A DNA stretch of 32,000 nt from Methylophaga frappieri (GCF_000260965.1 NC_017856.1:1470001-1502000); one strand, 5' to 3'; counted from the first letter of the stretch, positions 1 to 9,639 are shown. Program-made: numbers and translations. Notes: generated from the sequence alone by a model not told the origin.

Positions 1-1
1 C

Positions 2-271
2 GTTGCCTTCCAATCTCGCTTGGGCAGACAGGTATGGCTGGGACCCAATACTGAGGATATTCTCACCCAGTTGGCCAAAGAAGGGGCTCGGAATGTGATG
101 GTAATGTGCCCCGCTTTTGTTACCGATTGTTTGGAGACATTGGAAGAAATCGCGATTCGGGGAAAAGAAGTGTTTGTGGAGGCGGGCGGCGAATCATTAA
201 CGCTGATTCCCTGCTTAAATGTTCACCCTGCCTGGGTATCCACTTTGGCAAAATGGCTCAGACAAGCTTGA
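2..271 (+). CDS. hemH: ferrochelatase, C-terminal fragment (5' end lies outside the window)
   Basis: The frame is open from the window edge. The translation ...NVMVMCPAFVTDCLETLEEIAIRGKEVF... matches the conserved C-terminal ferrochelatase motif (E. coli HemH has MCPGFAADCLETLEEIA). Stop TGA at 269-271. Confidence 0.85.
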   Translation, partial: VAFQSRLGRQVWLGPNTEDILTQLAKEGARNVMVMCPAFVTDCLETLEEIAIRGKEVFVEAGGESLTLIPCLNVHPAWVSTLAKWLRQA

Positions 272-272
272 T

Positions 273-761
273 TTAAACCCGACCAATAAGGGGTTGCCGT
301 ACCACGCCACTGGTATATTCCCCACCCGGTCCATAAGCGGATGCTTCAGGATCCCGACCACGCAAAATACTCATCGCACGCTGCAAATATTGCCGGTTTA
401 CGCTGACAATTCCGCCATTAATTTGGTTATTCTGCTGACATGCCTGCGCGGTTTGCTTTAACGATGCCAGCATTTTTTGTAACGTTTCCGCCTGCGCTGG
501 TAGCTGATTGGCAATAAATGCCGCCATACCTTGCCGATCTGCCGGGAACCCGGCCTGTTTTAAAATCAGTTCCCGTTGTCTTCCAAGCGCCTCAAGTTGC
601 CTGACCAGCGGTTGCTTTTGTTTAAGACAATGATTCAGTTTAGTTTCATCACGATCCATTAACGCCTGACGTTCAACTTGGAGTAAGTTGGCAAATTCAT
701 TGGCAATTTGGCTTTCAGACTTGAGTGTCGATTGCATTTGCTGTGCTGGCGTCATGGTCAT
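273..761 (-). CDS. flgN: flagellar export chaperone FlgN-like protein
   Basis: 162 aa, helical, Q/L-rich, with FlgN-like segments (LLQVERQALMDRDETKL..KQKQPLVRQLEALGRQRE). Lies directly downstream of flgM in the conserved flgA-flgM-flgN order. Confidence 0.7.
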   Translation of the reverse strand: MTMTPAQQMQSTLKSESQIANEFANLLQVERQALMDRDETKLNHCLKQKQPLVRQLEALGRQRELILKQAGFPADRQGMAAFIANQLPAQAETLQKMLASLKQTAQACQQNNQINGGIVSVNRQYLQRAMSILRGRDPEASAYGPGGEYTSGVVRQPLIGRV

Positions 762-775
762 GGCATTGTCTCGAA

Positions 776-1078
776 TTAAAATTGACGCTCAAAATCAATC
801 ATATTTTGTGCCAGTTTTTCTGTATCGACTTGGTAATCCCCGTTATCTATTGCTTCACGAAGCGCGGCGATCCGTTGCTGATTTGTTTCCGGCATAGCAG
901 CAATCGTTTTTTGCAAACTTTGTAACTGGCTAGCGGTATCGGTCAGACTAAACGTATCTGAACTCACTGCCCGCGCATCAACGGTCCCGCCAGATGACTT
1001 TTCCCCTGCCACACCAGTCCGTGACGGATTGCTGGTATTGGGCAAATTGCCGGGTTTGATATTGTTAATTTCTGACAT
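776..1078 (-). CDS. flgM: anti-sigma-28 factor FlgM
   Basis: 100 aa from the ATG at 1078, with a GGAG RBS 6 nt upstream; the track start at 1090 is a TTG. The S/T/G-rich disordered N-terminus and C-terminal ...RIAALREAIDNGDYQVDTEKLAQNMIDFE are typical of FlgM. Confidence 0.85.
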   Translation of the reverse strand: MSEINNIKPGNLPNTSNPSRTGVAGEKSSGGTVDARAVSSDTFSLTDTASQLQSLQKTIAAMPETNQQRIAALREAIDNGDYQVDTEKLAQNMIDFERQF

Positions 1079-1105
1079 AACTGTCTCCAATAAGGCTTAA
1101 TGACC

Positions 1106-1132
1106 TTATCGGCCATTTCCCATAAAACTTAA
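1106..1132 (-). promoter_or_regulatory. sigma-28 (FliA) class-3 flagellar promoter upstream of flgM
   Basis: The minus strand reads TTAAGTTT-N11-GCCGATAA against the consensus TAAAGTTT-N11-GCCGATAA. The -10 element is perfect (complement of 1106-1113); the -35 has one mismatch (complement of 1125-1132). It sits between the flgA stop and the flgM start. Confidence 0.7.
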
Positions 1133-1146
1133 ATTAATTCCGAATT

Positions 1147-1851
1147 TCATAACGTCCCAACTCTGACCACACCGGCGGCATCGACGACGCCCTCAACGAT
1201 GCGCTCGGAACGCGTATTTTTCACTCTGACCCGCTGGCCCATTTCAGCATCTGCCATCGCCTCCCCTTTTACGCGAACCTCCATATTGCCAACGGCAGAC
1301 ACCAGCGTAATTAATTGACCTTTCTGAACGAGATGCTGAGGTTTAAATTGACGTTTTGACAAGACAGCGCCCATTGCCAAAGGCGATTTTAATTGTTGGC
1401 CGATTAGAGATTGCATATCGGTGGAATAACCACTTCGCATGGTAAGAATGTTCTGATTTGCCAGTTTAACATCGTCAGCAGTCATGATGTGGTCTGCAGA
1501 TAACGGCCGCGTTGTCACCGCAACGGCGCGCATGACTTCAATTGTAGCAGGAACGTAGACCGTCCATGCGACAGGCTGATGACATCGTACCCCCACGGTC
1601 AGCTTGCCGGAACGTAATTGGTCATTATTGGTAAAGGTTTCTAGATCACTGTCACAACGTTGCAAGCGTAAACGTTTATCAAGTGAGTCCACACTAACGA
1701 CCGGATTATTCCAACGGCTCTGTGCATCATTTAATGCAAATAGATACGCCGCATGTTCAATCGCATTTAATTCATGCAAATCCGCTGCATTCACAGGCAA
1801 TGTCAAAAACATGGCGTAGAGTGTCGCTGTGCAAAAAAACTGTTTAACCAT
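1147..1851 (-). CDS. flgA: flagellar basal-body P-ring formation chaperone FlgA
   Basis: 234 aa with an N-terminal signal peptide (..LTLPVNAADL). The C-terminal SAF/ChapFlgA-like segment KGQLITLV...MEVRVKGEAMADAEMGQRVRVKN..SERIVEGVV is typical of FlgA. Synteny with flgM and flgN. Confidence 0.85.
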   Translation of the reverse strand: MVKQFFCTATLYAMFLTLPVNAADLHELNAIEHAAYLFALNDAQSRWNNPVVSVDSLDKRLRLQRCDSDLETFTNNDQLRSGKLTVGVRCHQPVAWTVYVPATIEVMRAVAVTTRPLSADHIMTADDVKLANQNILTMRSGYSTDMQSLIGQQLKSPLAMGAVLSKRQFKPQHLVQKGQLITLVSAVGNMEVRVKGEAMADAEMGQRVRVKNTRSERIVEGVVDAAGVVRVGTL

Positions 1852-1984
1852 CTAGGTAGCCTTACTAGATTTTAACCTCGGATCGGTTTACAGATTGTTC
1901 GCCCAATCCCCTAGTAAAACTGAAGCAAGATTTGTACCGGCTAAAAAGTTTTTGAGCTTATTCAGGGCACTCATTGATGAATAG

Positions 1985-3112
1985 TTACGGTAGTAACATA
2001 CCTCTACCACTCATATCGGCGGGCATTGGTATCTGCTGACTCGACTCGGTCACAATATCAGCCCGAGCTCGCATCAAATTCGTACCCGTAAAACCACCAA
2101 CGCGATACACCCAAGGGGCCAACGTTTCATTCAGTTTCGCGATTTCATTTTCAACATTGTCACGACTTTTTAAAAGATCCAATTCAGCGATAGCAGGGGG
2201 GACCTTATCCAAATAATGATCATCATATTCCGCGCGGAAAGTCGCATAATAAAAACCATCAATGAAAGAGGTCTGAGAGGTAACCTTAAGGCCATCATAG
2301 GTGATAAACGTTGCCTCGACGACTTCGGCACCTTGACGACTGAAACCATTGACAGGGATAACTTCTTCAAGTCTTAGCTGGTATAAAGAGCCAGCTATGT
2401 CGTAACCTAATTGCTCATATTTAAAAACGGTATTCTTGCCCGATTCAGGTGTACCAAACTTGTCTTTTTCTCCCAGGTTAACAAGTGTGGCAGTTGAGCC
2501 ATCTGGCTGAATAATGTCTACGCGAGCAATACGTTCTCGACCAATACTCATTATTTCACCGTCAATCCAGTTCAGCATAAGAGGACTGATTTGTAGATAA
2601 CCTTCCGCCAGCCAACTTTGCGCTTCGCCACTGCGGCGGACAAACGTTTGACGAGGTCCTGCCTGTGCTGTAATGGCACGTGTTTCACCTAAAATCAGGC
2701 CGGCAAGCATCTCATCGTCATCATATAACTTAACTTCCAGTGCATCACCACCAGCTTCATTCGTCACCAGACCAAGAAATCCATGCTGTTTTTCGTTTGC
2801 GGTTTTTTCCTCAATAACAACCGCTTCAGATATATCGATGAGCATACGCTTCACAAGATCAAAGTCAGCTGGGTAATTAAAATAATCTGCAACAACCCAG
2901 TCTTCCTCGCCAACCTGCTTCAGCGTAAAGTTGCCATCGACACTGTCAAATGTCAGCGTGTCAACCTTAGTCAGTTGTGAAAATAAGGTGGGGTAAAGTA
3001 AGTTGTAATCATCTGATTCTGTATCCGCACGATAAATCGTAACGAACATTACCAAAACCATCATCGCCGTTAAAATTGCTAAAACTGTCAGATTGTTAAT
3101 TTTTTTCAGCAT
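1985..3112 (-). CDS. DUF4340-like protein with an N-terminal membrane anchor, partner of GldG-type ABC systems
   Basis: 375 aa with a single N-terminal TM helix (LTVLAILTAMMVLVMFVTIY). It lies 6 nt downstream of the GldG-like gene, the position DUF4340 proteins usually occupy. The family assignment is from memory and was not searched. Confidence 0.55.
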   Translation of the reverse strand: MLKKINNLTVLAILTAMMVLVMFVTIYRADTESDDYNLLYPTLFSQLTKVDTLTFDSVDGNFTLKQVGEEDWVVADYFNYPADFDLVKRMLIDISEAVVIEEKTANEKQHGFLGLVTNEAGGDALEVKLYDDDEMLAGLILGETRAITAQAGPRQTFVRRSGEAQSWLAEGYLQISPLMLNWIDGEIMSIGRERIARVDIIQPDGSTATLVNLGEKDKFGTPESGKNTVFKYEQLGYDIAGSLYQLRLEEVIPVNGFSRQGAEVVEATFITYDGLKVTSQTSFIDGFYYATFRAEYDDHYLDKVPPAIAELDLLKSRDNVENEIAKLNETLAPWVYRVGGFTGTNLMRARADIVTESSQQIPMPADMSGRGMLLP

Positions 3113-3118
3113 GTTATG

Positions 3119-5050
3119 TTAAGAACCTGTTTTATTTACGTTAAAGCGGCCATGTGTCCGTTTTCGCAGCCTTAACCAGCCGGTAATTAAAGCTAAAATT
3201 CCGACTAATATTGGCACTACCCCAATATTCACAAATTTAACAACGGCTTCTAACGCATCCAAATCCTGGCGCAAATTGCCCTTCACTGTTCGTAACTCTG
3301 CTTCTGTACGCTCAGCTAACAGGCGCGCTTCGTTGATTTCTTTTTGTTGCTCAGCGGTCAAAATTTGTTCACCCGTGCCTGAGCGCTGAACCTGCATACG
3401 GGCGATTTTTTGTTCCGTATCTTGAAGTCGCTGTTCAAGCTCACGTTCTGTTGCGCGATATCTTCGTTCAGCTTCACGTTCAATCTCGTTCACTAAGATA
3501 AAAGGCCTTGAAAAACCTGCACGTGACCGAACACTGATTAACCCATCTGTGCCAGTTAAGTCCTCAATAGCGTTGTAAACAAAGTCAAGATTGTTGGAAG
3601 TGTTAAATGCTAAATCTTGCCCATAAAAATCTTGAACCTGAACCCAAAACTGGTCATCAATCATATCCACGTCAGCTACAGCAATAATATCTATAGGCTC
3701 ATTTGCCATATCAAGATGATCGGGCATTTTTTGTAGGTCGCCCATATTGTTTTTTGCCCCATCTGGAAAGGCCGTTTTCACGTCACCAGTCACACGAACA
3801 GCCAATGGGTATTGCTTAGTTCCTGCTTCATACCTTGTCAGCAACCCAACAGGATCATTACGAAACTGCACAACCCGCTTATCTACCAGCATTGCTTCAT
3901 CACTCGATGAAACCAAGGGGGTCATCTGGGTGGTTGCGCCATCTAGTTGTTTAAAAAAACCACTGGTAGCCACATTTATACGTTTCAAACGAGAAGTGAT
4001 CTTCTCAGACATATTTAAAGAACCGTCATTGAGACCTAACCAAAGCACATAATCAATTGGCTCATTTCCCGTCCGCGCTCCGAAATCAACTTTACGTGCA
4101 AACTTGCGATCAGCGACCACAAATTGACCATCACGTTCAAAGCCCCAGGCATTAAACAACTCCGGCATATTAGAACCCCGTTGCGCTGTCAGAGCTGCCA
4201 TCGGGTTTTCTGGATCTTTTTCAGGTACATCGACTTCTGCGAAAGGATCAACAAAGGTGATGAGTTTTCCACCAGAGAGAACATATTGATCAATCGCATA
4301 CAGTGTCGAGTCTGTTAAGGATTTGGGGTGAATGACCATCAACACATCAAGCGAGGTTGGAATACGACGAATATCGTCAGGCAGCATGGAGACATCAAAC
4401 ATCATGCGTAACTGATCCATAACCGGCCAAGGCTTACTGCCAGCATCACTGATCACCTCGCCTTTGAGTGGATCATATTGTTCACCATCTAAGCTTAGCG
4501 AACTCAGAACCCCGATATTTTTGCGTTGTACATCGGACAGTTGAAAAATTAAACGTGTCAGATCATATTCCAGCGTATCTTCCTTTTCAGGCTGAAAGAA
4601 ACGAATGATTTCGAGTCCATTTAAAAGGTTCGTACCCGCGAGACCAAAATATAAAGGATCTTCTTCGCCCTCGATTGGAATTGACTGCAGTCCATATTGA
4701 TCGGCGCGATGTTCATCATTGGAGTAAGGCACTGGATCAATTATTTTCAGACGGATCATACCGCCAGAAGCGCGTTGATATTCACGTAATAACTCTTGAA
4801 CACGCTGACCATAGCTCTTCACCGCTGGCAACGCCTGTGCAACCCGCTCCGCATAGTACAAGCGCAGCGTAATTGGTTCCTGTAATCCGGACAAAATATT
4901 CTGTGTGCCCTCGGAAAGGGTATAAAGCTTATCTTCGGTCAAATCGACACGAAATGAACGTAAGTTTTCATTCACGACGATAATGAATGAAACGAATAAA
5001 ACCACCGCTAATGCAAGCCCGGTTTTTGACAACACACTTTTATTCATCAT
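3119..5050 (-). CDS. GldG-family ABC-transporter auxiliary component
   Basis: I set the start at ATGATG 5050 (MMNKSVLSKTGLALAVVLFVSF, an N-terminal TM helix), just downstream of the permease stop at 5058-5060. The track start at 5113 would overlap the permease gene. It has a C-terminal coiled coil plus a TM helix (VVPILVGILALITGWL), which is the typical GldG architecture. Confidence 0.7.
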   Translation of the reverse strand: MMNKSVLSKTGLALAVVLFVSFIIVVNENLRSFRVDLTEDKLYTLSEGTQNILSGLQEPITLRLYYAERVAQALPAVKSYGQRVQELLREYQRASGGMIRLKIIDPVPYSNDEHRADQYGLQSIPIEGEEDPLYFGLAGTNLLNGLEIIRFFQPEKEDTLEYDLTRLIFQLSDVQRKNIGVLSSLSLDGEQYDPLKGEVISDAGSKPWPVMDQLRMMFDVSMLPDDIRRIPTSLDVLMVIHPKSLTDSTLYAIDQYVLSGGKLITFVDPFAEVDVPEKDPENPMAALTAQRGSNMPELFNAWGFERDGQFVVADRKFARKVDFGARTGNEPIDYVLWLGLNDGSLNMSEKITSRLKRINVATSGFFKQLDGATTQMTPLVSSSDEAMLVDKRVVQFRNDPVGLLTRYEAGTKQYPLAVRVTGDVKTAFPDGAKNNMGDLQKMPDHLDMANEPIDIIAVADVDMIDDQFWVQVQDFYGQDLAFNTSNNLDFVYNAIEDLTGTDGLISVRSRAGFSRPFILVNEIEREAERRYRATERELEQRLQDTEQKIARMQVQRSGTGEQILTAEQQKEINEARLLAERTEAELRTVKGNLRQDLDALEAVVKFVNIGVVPILVGILALITGWLRLRKRTHGRFNVNKTGS

Positions 5051-5057
5051 CTTGTTC

Positions 5058-5798
5058 CTAATCGGCCTTACGGACATTGATGATAAGCGCGTTGGCAAAC
5101 AACCAAATTGCAATTAATGCCACAAAATACAGGATGTCACGTAGATCAATTACCCCCTTAGAAATTGCATCAAAATGCGTCAGGAAACTAAAAGAACTAA
5201 TTACGTTGACTAATGTTTGTGGTGCCCAGCTGCTAAAAAAATCCAGCACGATACCGAACCCTGCCAACACGAAAATCAAACTCACAATTAAACTGATTAC
5301 AAAAGCAATAACCTGGTTTTTGGTAATGGACGAAATAGACGCACCAATCGCGAGAAAACCACCCGCCATTAATAAACTCCCAATAAATCCAGTAAAGATG
5401 ACCCCGTTATCCGGGTTACCCAAAACATTAACCGTAACCCAAAGCGGAAAGTTCAGCAGTAAAGCCAGCCCTGTGAACGCCCATGCTGCTAAAAATTTAC
5501 CAATAACTGCCTCAAAAACAGACACAGGCAGCGTCATTAATAATTCGATTGAGCCACTTTTTCGCTCCTCAGCCCAAAGCCGCATTGATATTGCCGGGAT
5601 AAGCAAAATGTAGAGCCAAGGGTGCATGGAAAAAAACGGATATAAGTCTGCTTCACCTCTTTCAAAAAGATTGCCAACATAAAAGGTCGAAAAGCCAGCT
5701 AACAACAAGAAAATAATGATGAATACATAGGCTACCGGGGTGGCAAAATAGCCATTAAATTCGCGTTTCATAATGAACCAAATATTGCGTATGTTCAT
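5058..5798 (-). CDS. ABC-2 type transporter permease (GldF-like)
   Basis: 246 aa polytopic membrane protein with about 6 TM helices. Its ATG overlaps the upstream ATPase stop at 5798, indicating translational coupling. Confidence 0.8.
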   Translation of the reverse strand: MNIRNIWFIMKREFNGYFATPVAYVFIIIFLLLAGFSTFYVGNLFERGEADLYPFFSMHPWLYILLIPAISMRLWAEERKSGSIELLMTLPVSVFEAVIGKFLAAWAFTGLALLLNFPLWVTVNVLGNPDNGVIFTGFIGSLLMAGGFLAIGASISSITKNQVIAFVISLIVSLIFVLAGFGIVLDFFSSWAPQTLVNVISSFSFLTHFDAISKGVIDLRDILYFVALIAIWLFANALIINVRKAD

Positions 5799-6745
5799 TA
5801 ATTTATCTCCATCGATGCCCGAGTTGTAATCTGACGAAACACTTCATCTAAACGGCCACTTTCACTATAAAGCGACACAATATCCCACCCTTTTTCACGA
5901 ATTTTTTCTGATAATGGCAGCGTTATTTGCTGATGATTTAAAGGAAAAACTCGAAGCGTCAAATCACCAAGGACTTCATAGCTGTCGACAAAAGGGAGAG
6001 CAGTGACAAAGTCGGTTAGCGCTGTGGTATGCGTACCGCTGATGGTCATGACGACGGCATTGTGATAACGGGACAATGACTCTAGTTCGTGTGGGGTACC
6101 ATCAAACTCAATTTTGCCTCGCGAAATGAGCACATTTCGAGTACACAAAGCATGCACCTCTTCCAGAATATGCGTTGAAATAATGATGGCTTTATCATGC
6201 GCCATTTCGTTAATCAACGTTCGCACTTCATGCTTTTGATTAGGATCAAGCCCATCAGTGGGTTCATCCATGATCAAGATTGGTGGATTATGAAGAATTG
6301 CTTGTGCTAGGCCTACTCGGCGTTTGTACCCTTTTGAAAGTGTTTCAATCGGCTGAAACATCACCTCAACAACACGCGCTCGCTCAGCCGCAACAGCGAC
6401 AGCATCCCGTTTTGCCTTACCTGAAAAACCGCGAATATCGGCAATAAAACTCAAAAAACTGGCTGGCGTCATATCAGCATAAGCGGGTGCACCTTCAGGC
6501 AAATAGCCAATGCTCGCTTTAGCTGGAATCGATGCTTGCTGAACATCATGACCACAAACGCTAACACGGCCTCTTGTCGGTGATAAAAAACCGGTAATCA
6601 TTTTCATGGTGGTCGATTTACCAGCCCCATTCGGTCCAAGGAAGCCAAGCACCTCGCCTCGAGAGAGATTAAGATTGATGCCATCGACAGCTCTAATTTC
6701 GCCAAAATGCTTCACTAAATCTGCAATTTCTATCGCTTGCGTCAT
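5798..6745 (-). CDS. ABC transporter ATP-binding protein (GldA-like)
   Basis: Walker A GPNGAGKST, ABC signature LSKGYKRR, Walker B LIMDEPTDGLD, and an H-loop STHILEE. Confidence 0.9.
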   Translation of the reverse strand: MTQAIEIADLVKHFGEIRAVDGINLNLSRGEVLGFLGPNGAGKSTTMKMITGFLSPTRGRVSVCGHDVQQASIPAKASIGYLPEGAPAYADMTPASFLSFIADIRGFSGKAKRDAVAVAAERARVVEVMFQPIETLSKGYKRRVGLAQAILHNPPILIMDEPTDGLDPNQKHEVRTLINEMAHDKAIIISTHILEEVHALCTRNVLISRGKIEFDGTPHELESLSRYHNAVVMTISGTHTTALTDFVTALPFVDSYEVLGDLTLRVFPLNHQQITLPLSEKIREKGWDIVSLYSESGRLDEVFRQITTRASMEIN

Positions 6746-6943
6746 CTTGTCAGCATCCCCTGTTTTTCATACTGTTAGTCTTCAAGTGCGCCATTATTCA
6801 GACACAGACCAACAATAGTCAAGAATAATTCCCAGCATTTTTTAGGAATTATTACCCGATTCGCCCATGCGCCCAATTCAATTTGTCATCGTCATTTATA
6901 AAAGATTAAGCTAATAAACCAGTTTTGAAACTAGAGATTCGAC

Positions 6944-7993
6944 ATGGCTGATTCGTTATTTTTAAACGCTATTCGTCAACAAACCGCGGCTTTGTGGGCA
7001 CGCATCCGTCAGAGTCGTTTGAGCCTTTTTCTTAGTTTGGTCTTGGCAATGCTGCTCGGTATTTTCCTAGTATTGATGATCTGGTGGAGTATGCCACCCG
7101 CGGCTTTCTCACCAACCGACATTGCCCATCAACAAGCTGAGAGACAAGCTCAGGATATTGTGACCGGCTCGATAAGCACGGCAACCGTGATTCATTTGGC
7201 GGAAACCTTACTGGAAAAGCCCGGTGGCTATTTAAGTAATGATGTCATGCCACCCTCGGTGTGGATGGATAATATGCCTAACTGGGAGTTTGGTGTGCTC
7301 GTTCAGGTCCGTGATTACACTAGAGCACTGAGAAATGATCTGAGCCGTTCCCAATCGCAATCGGCTGAAGACAAAGATTTGGTTATTGCAGAGCCACAGT
7401 TTAATTTTGACTCGGAGTCCTGGTTATTTCCCCCAACAGAAGTCGAATACCGTGAAGCGATCGATGCCTTAAAACGCTATCACGCTCGCTTGAGCGATCC
7501 GCAGGCATCCGCGCAGTTTTATGCCCGCGCCGATAATTTAGTTGCCTGGCTGGCTATTGCAGAAAAACGCTTAGGCAGCTTATCTCAAAGGCTATCTGCC
7601 AGTGTCGGACAGGTTCGAATCAACACGGATCTGGCCGGTGACCCCGCTGCGCATCAGTCCACTGCCAATGCCTCGCAACAAATTACCAAAACGCCCTGGA
7701 CCGAACTTGATGATAATTTTTTTGAAGCACGGGGTAGCGTTTGGGCGCTGATTCATTTGCTTAAAGCCGCGGATAGTGATTTTGCCGATGTCTTAGCCAA
7801 AAAAAATGCCCGCGTCAGTTTGCAGCAAATCATCCGCGAATTAGAGGCCACCCAAAAAACGTTGTGGACGCCAATCATTTTAAATGGCAGTGGTTTTGGC
7901 ATGTTTGCCAATCATTCTTTAGTCATGGCGTCATATATTTCCCGTGCCAATGCGGCCATGATTGATTTGCGTCGACTCCTTGAACAGGGTTAA
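6944..7993 (+). CDS. DUF2333-like membrane-anchored protein
   Basis: 349 aa with one N-terminal TM helix (LSLFLSLVLAMLLGIFLVLMIWW). The segment NWEFGVLVQVRDYTRALRNDLSRSQSQS resembles DUF2333 family members as I recall them; not verified by search. Confidence 0.5.
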   Translation: MADSLFLNAIRQQTAALWARIRQSRLSLFLSLVLAMLLGIFLVLMIWWSMPPAAFSPTDIAHQQAERQAQDIVTGSISTATVIHLAETLLEKPGGYLSNDVMPPSVWMDNMPNWEFGVLVQVRDYTRALRNDLSRSQSQSAEDKDLVIAEPQFNFDSESWLFPPTEVEYREAIDALKRYHARLSDPQASAQFYARADNLVAWLAIAEKRLGSLSQRLSASVGQVRINTDLAGDPAAHQSTANASQQITKTPWTELDDNFFEARGSVWALIHLLKAADSDFADVLAKKNARVSLQQIIRELEATQKTLWTPIILNGSGFGMFANHSLVMASYISRANAAMIDLRRLLEQG

Positions 7994-8010
7994 TTCGTCA
8001 CGATGCCAAG

Positions 8011-8045
8011 CCCTGATGTGGGAAATCTGAAAAAACACATCAGGG
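8011..8045 (+). terminator. hairpin downstream of the DUF2333-like gene (possible weak terminator)
   Basis: Perfect 10-bp inverted repeat CCCTGATGTG (8011-8020) / CACATCAGGG (8036-8045) with a 15-nt A-rich loop. No clear T-tract follows, so a terminator function is uncertain. Confidence 0.3.
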
Positions 8046-8067
8046 CAAATTGTGCTTAAATCGGCTG

Positions 8068-9144
8068 ATGGAATTTACAATTGATTTTCACTGGCAGCTC
8101 AGTCATGGCAACCGCAAAAAAGCCATTGATCCGGTTTTGATTGCGTTATTAAAAAGTATTGAAGAATCTGGCTCATTGCAGGCCGCCGCGAAACAAGCGC
8201 AAATTTCTTACCGTTATGCCTGGGGCTTGATGGAAAAATGGCAAACCGAGCTGAGCCTGCCGCTGATTGAAAAACACCGTGGCCGTGGCACCGCGCTGGC
8301 GCCTGCCGGCCAATACTTTTTACGGGCTCATCAACAGCTACAGGCACGGTTGATGCCGCAATTAAGCAACCAGGCCACGCAACTTCGCCAACAACTTCAG
8401 CAGCTTCAAGCGGCGCAGCAAAACCTACGACTGACCTTATTTGCCAGTCATGGTTTGGTTGTCAATGCGCTGCGCGATAGATTAAATGAACTGGCTATCC
8501 CGATTGATCTGCACTTTCATGGCAGTCTGGAAAATCTGGAAGCATTAAAAACGGGGAATTGTGATGGCGCCGGTTTTCATATTCCCATCGGCCCTCTCGG
8601 CCAGCAGTTGACCCCTGACTACCTGGCATTATTAGATCCAAACAAAATTCAACTCATTTACCTGGTTCGCCGTCAACAAGGATTGATTGTCCAAGCAGGT
8701 AATCCCAAGTCGATTCGCACTTTGTCTGATTTAGCCCGTGCCGATGTGCACTTTATCAACCGCCAACAAGGTTCTGCTACGCGTTTTTTATTGGATCAAT
8801 TACTCAGGCAACAGGCCATTAACAGCCAACAAATTCAAGGCTATAGCCATGAAGAATTTACGCACATGGCTATCGCAGCGATTGTGGCTAGTGGTGTTGC
8901 CGATTGTGGTTTTGGGCTGGCCGCCGTGGCCCGCAAATTTTCGTTAGACTTTTTGCCTTTGGTTGAAGAACATTACTGTCTTGCGTTACCGGCCGATCGC
9001 TTGCAGGAAGCCCCTTTTCAGGAATTAATTAGAATTTTGCAATTACCCGAATGGCAGCGTTCTTTGGCGGATCTGGCAGGGTATGATCTTCGCCTGTCTG
9101 GACAACCGGTTAGTTATAGCGATATTTTTCAATCATCCAGCTGA
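8068..9144 (+). CDS. transcriptional regulator: ModE-type N-terminal HTH fused to a periplasmic-binding-protein-like (molybdate/tungstate-type) domain
   Basis: ATG at 8068; the track start at 8050 is a TTG. The N-terminus DPVLIALLKSIEESGSLQAAAKQAQISYRYAWGLMEKW...IEKHRGRGTALAPAGQYF parallels the E. coli ModE N-terminal domain (..LLKHIALSGSISQGAKDAGISYKSAWDAINEM..GGKGGGGAVLT..G). The C-terminal roughly 230 aa looks like a type-2 PBP fold. Confidence 0.65.
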   Translation: MEFTIDFHWQLSHGNRKKAIDPVLIALLKSIEESGSLQAAAKQAQISYRYAWGLMEKWQTELSLPLIEKHRGRGTALAPAGQYFLRAHQQLQARLMPQLSNQATQLRQQLQQLQAAQQNLRLTLFASHGLVVNALRDRLNELAIPIDLHFHGSLENLEALKTGNCDGAGFHIPIGPLGQQLTPDYLALLDPNKIQLIYLVRRQQGLIVQAGNPKSIRTLSDLARADVHFINRQQGSATRFLLDQLLRQQAINSQQIQGYSHEEFTHMAIAAIVASGVADCGFGLAAVARKFSLDFLPLVEEHYCLALPADRLQEAPFQELIRILQLPEWQRSLADLAGYDLRLSGQPVSYSDIFQSSS

Positions 9145-9159
9145 GTCTTTAGCCACGCT

Positions 9160-9639
9160 TTAGCATTCACGCTGCCAATTGCCGGATTGACCGCCAGACT
9201 TGGTTTCCAAACGAATATCTGTCATCTGCATGCCACGATCTACCGCCTTGCACATATCGTAAATCGTCAGCAAGGCAACCTGCACCGCCGTCAATGCCTC
9301 CATTTCAACTCCTGTCTGACCTGTCGTGCCGACTGTTGCCTGGCAGATCACGGCGGTATGCGCGGTATCAATCTCAAAGTTTACCGAAACTTTGCTTAAC
9401 GCAAGTGGGTGACATAAAGGAATCAAATCCGCTGTTTTTTTTGCTGCCATGATACCCGCCACCCGAGCAATTCCAAGCACATCCCCTTTTTTATGGCCAC
9501 CTTGGGTTATCAGGGTCAATGTTGCCGGTAACATGCTAATACGACCACTTGCCACAGCCTGACGCTGGGTAACCGCTCTCATCCCAACATCCACCATATG
9601 CGCATCGCCAGATTGATTAAAATGCGTTAATTCAGCCAT
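9160..9639 (-). CDS. moaC: cyclic pyranopterin monophosphate synthase MoaC
   Basis: Start at ATG 9639 ([18 protein letters not shown]). Conserved MoaC blocks [27 protein letters not shown] and [21 protein letters not shown]. Confidence 0.9.
   Translation of the reverse strand: MAELTHFNQSGDAHMVDVGMRAVTQRQAVASGRISMLPATLTLITQGGHKKGDVLGIARVAGIMAAKKTADLIPLCHPLALSKVSVNFEIDTAHTAVICQATVGTTGQTGVEMEALTAVQVALLTIYDMCKAVDRGMQMTDIRLETKSGGQSGNWQREC

Noticed and set aside
219-461. An 80-aa plus-strand ORF overlapping the hemH end and flgN.
   Set aside because: It is out of frame with hemH and antisense to flgN, with no supporting signals.
5077-5613. A 178-aa plus-strand ORF.
   Set aside because: It lies entirely antisense to the ABC-2 permease gene. 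It is a shadow ORF with no RBS and a biased composition.
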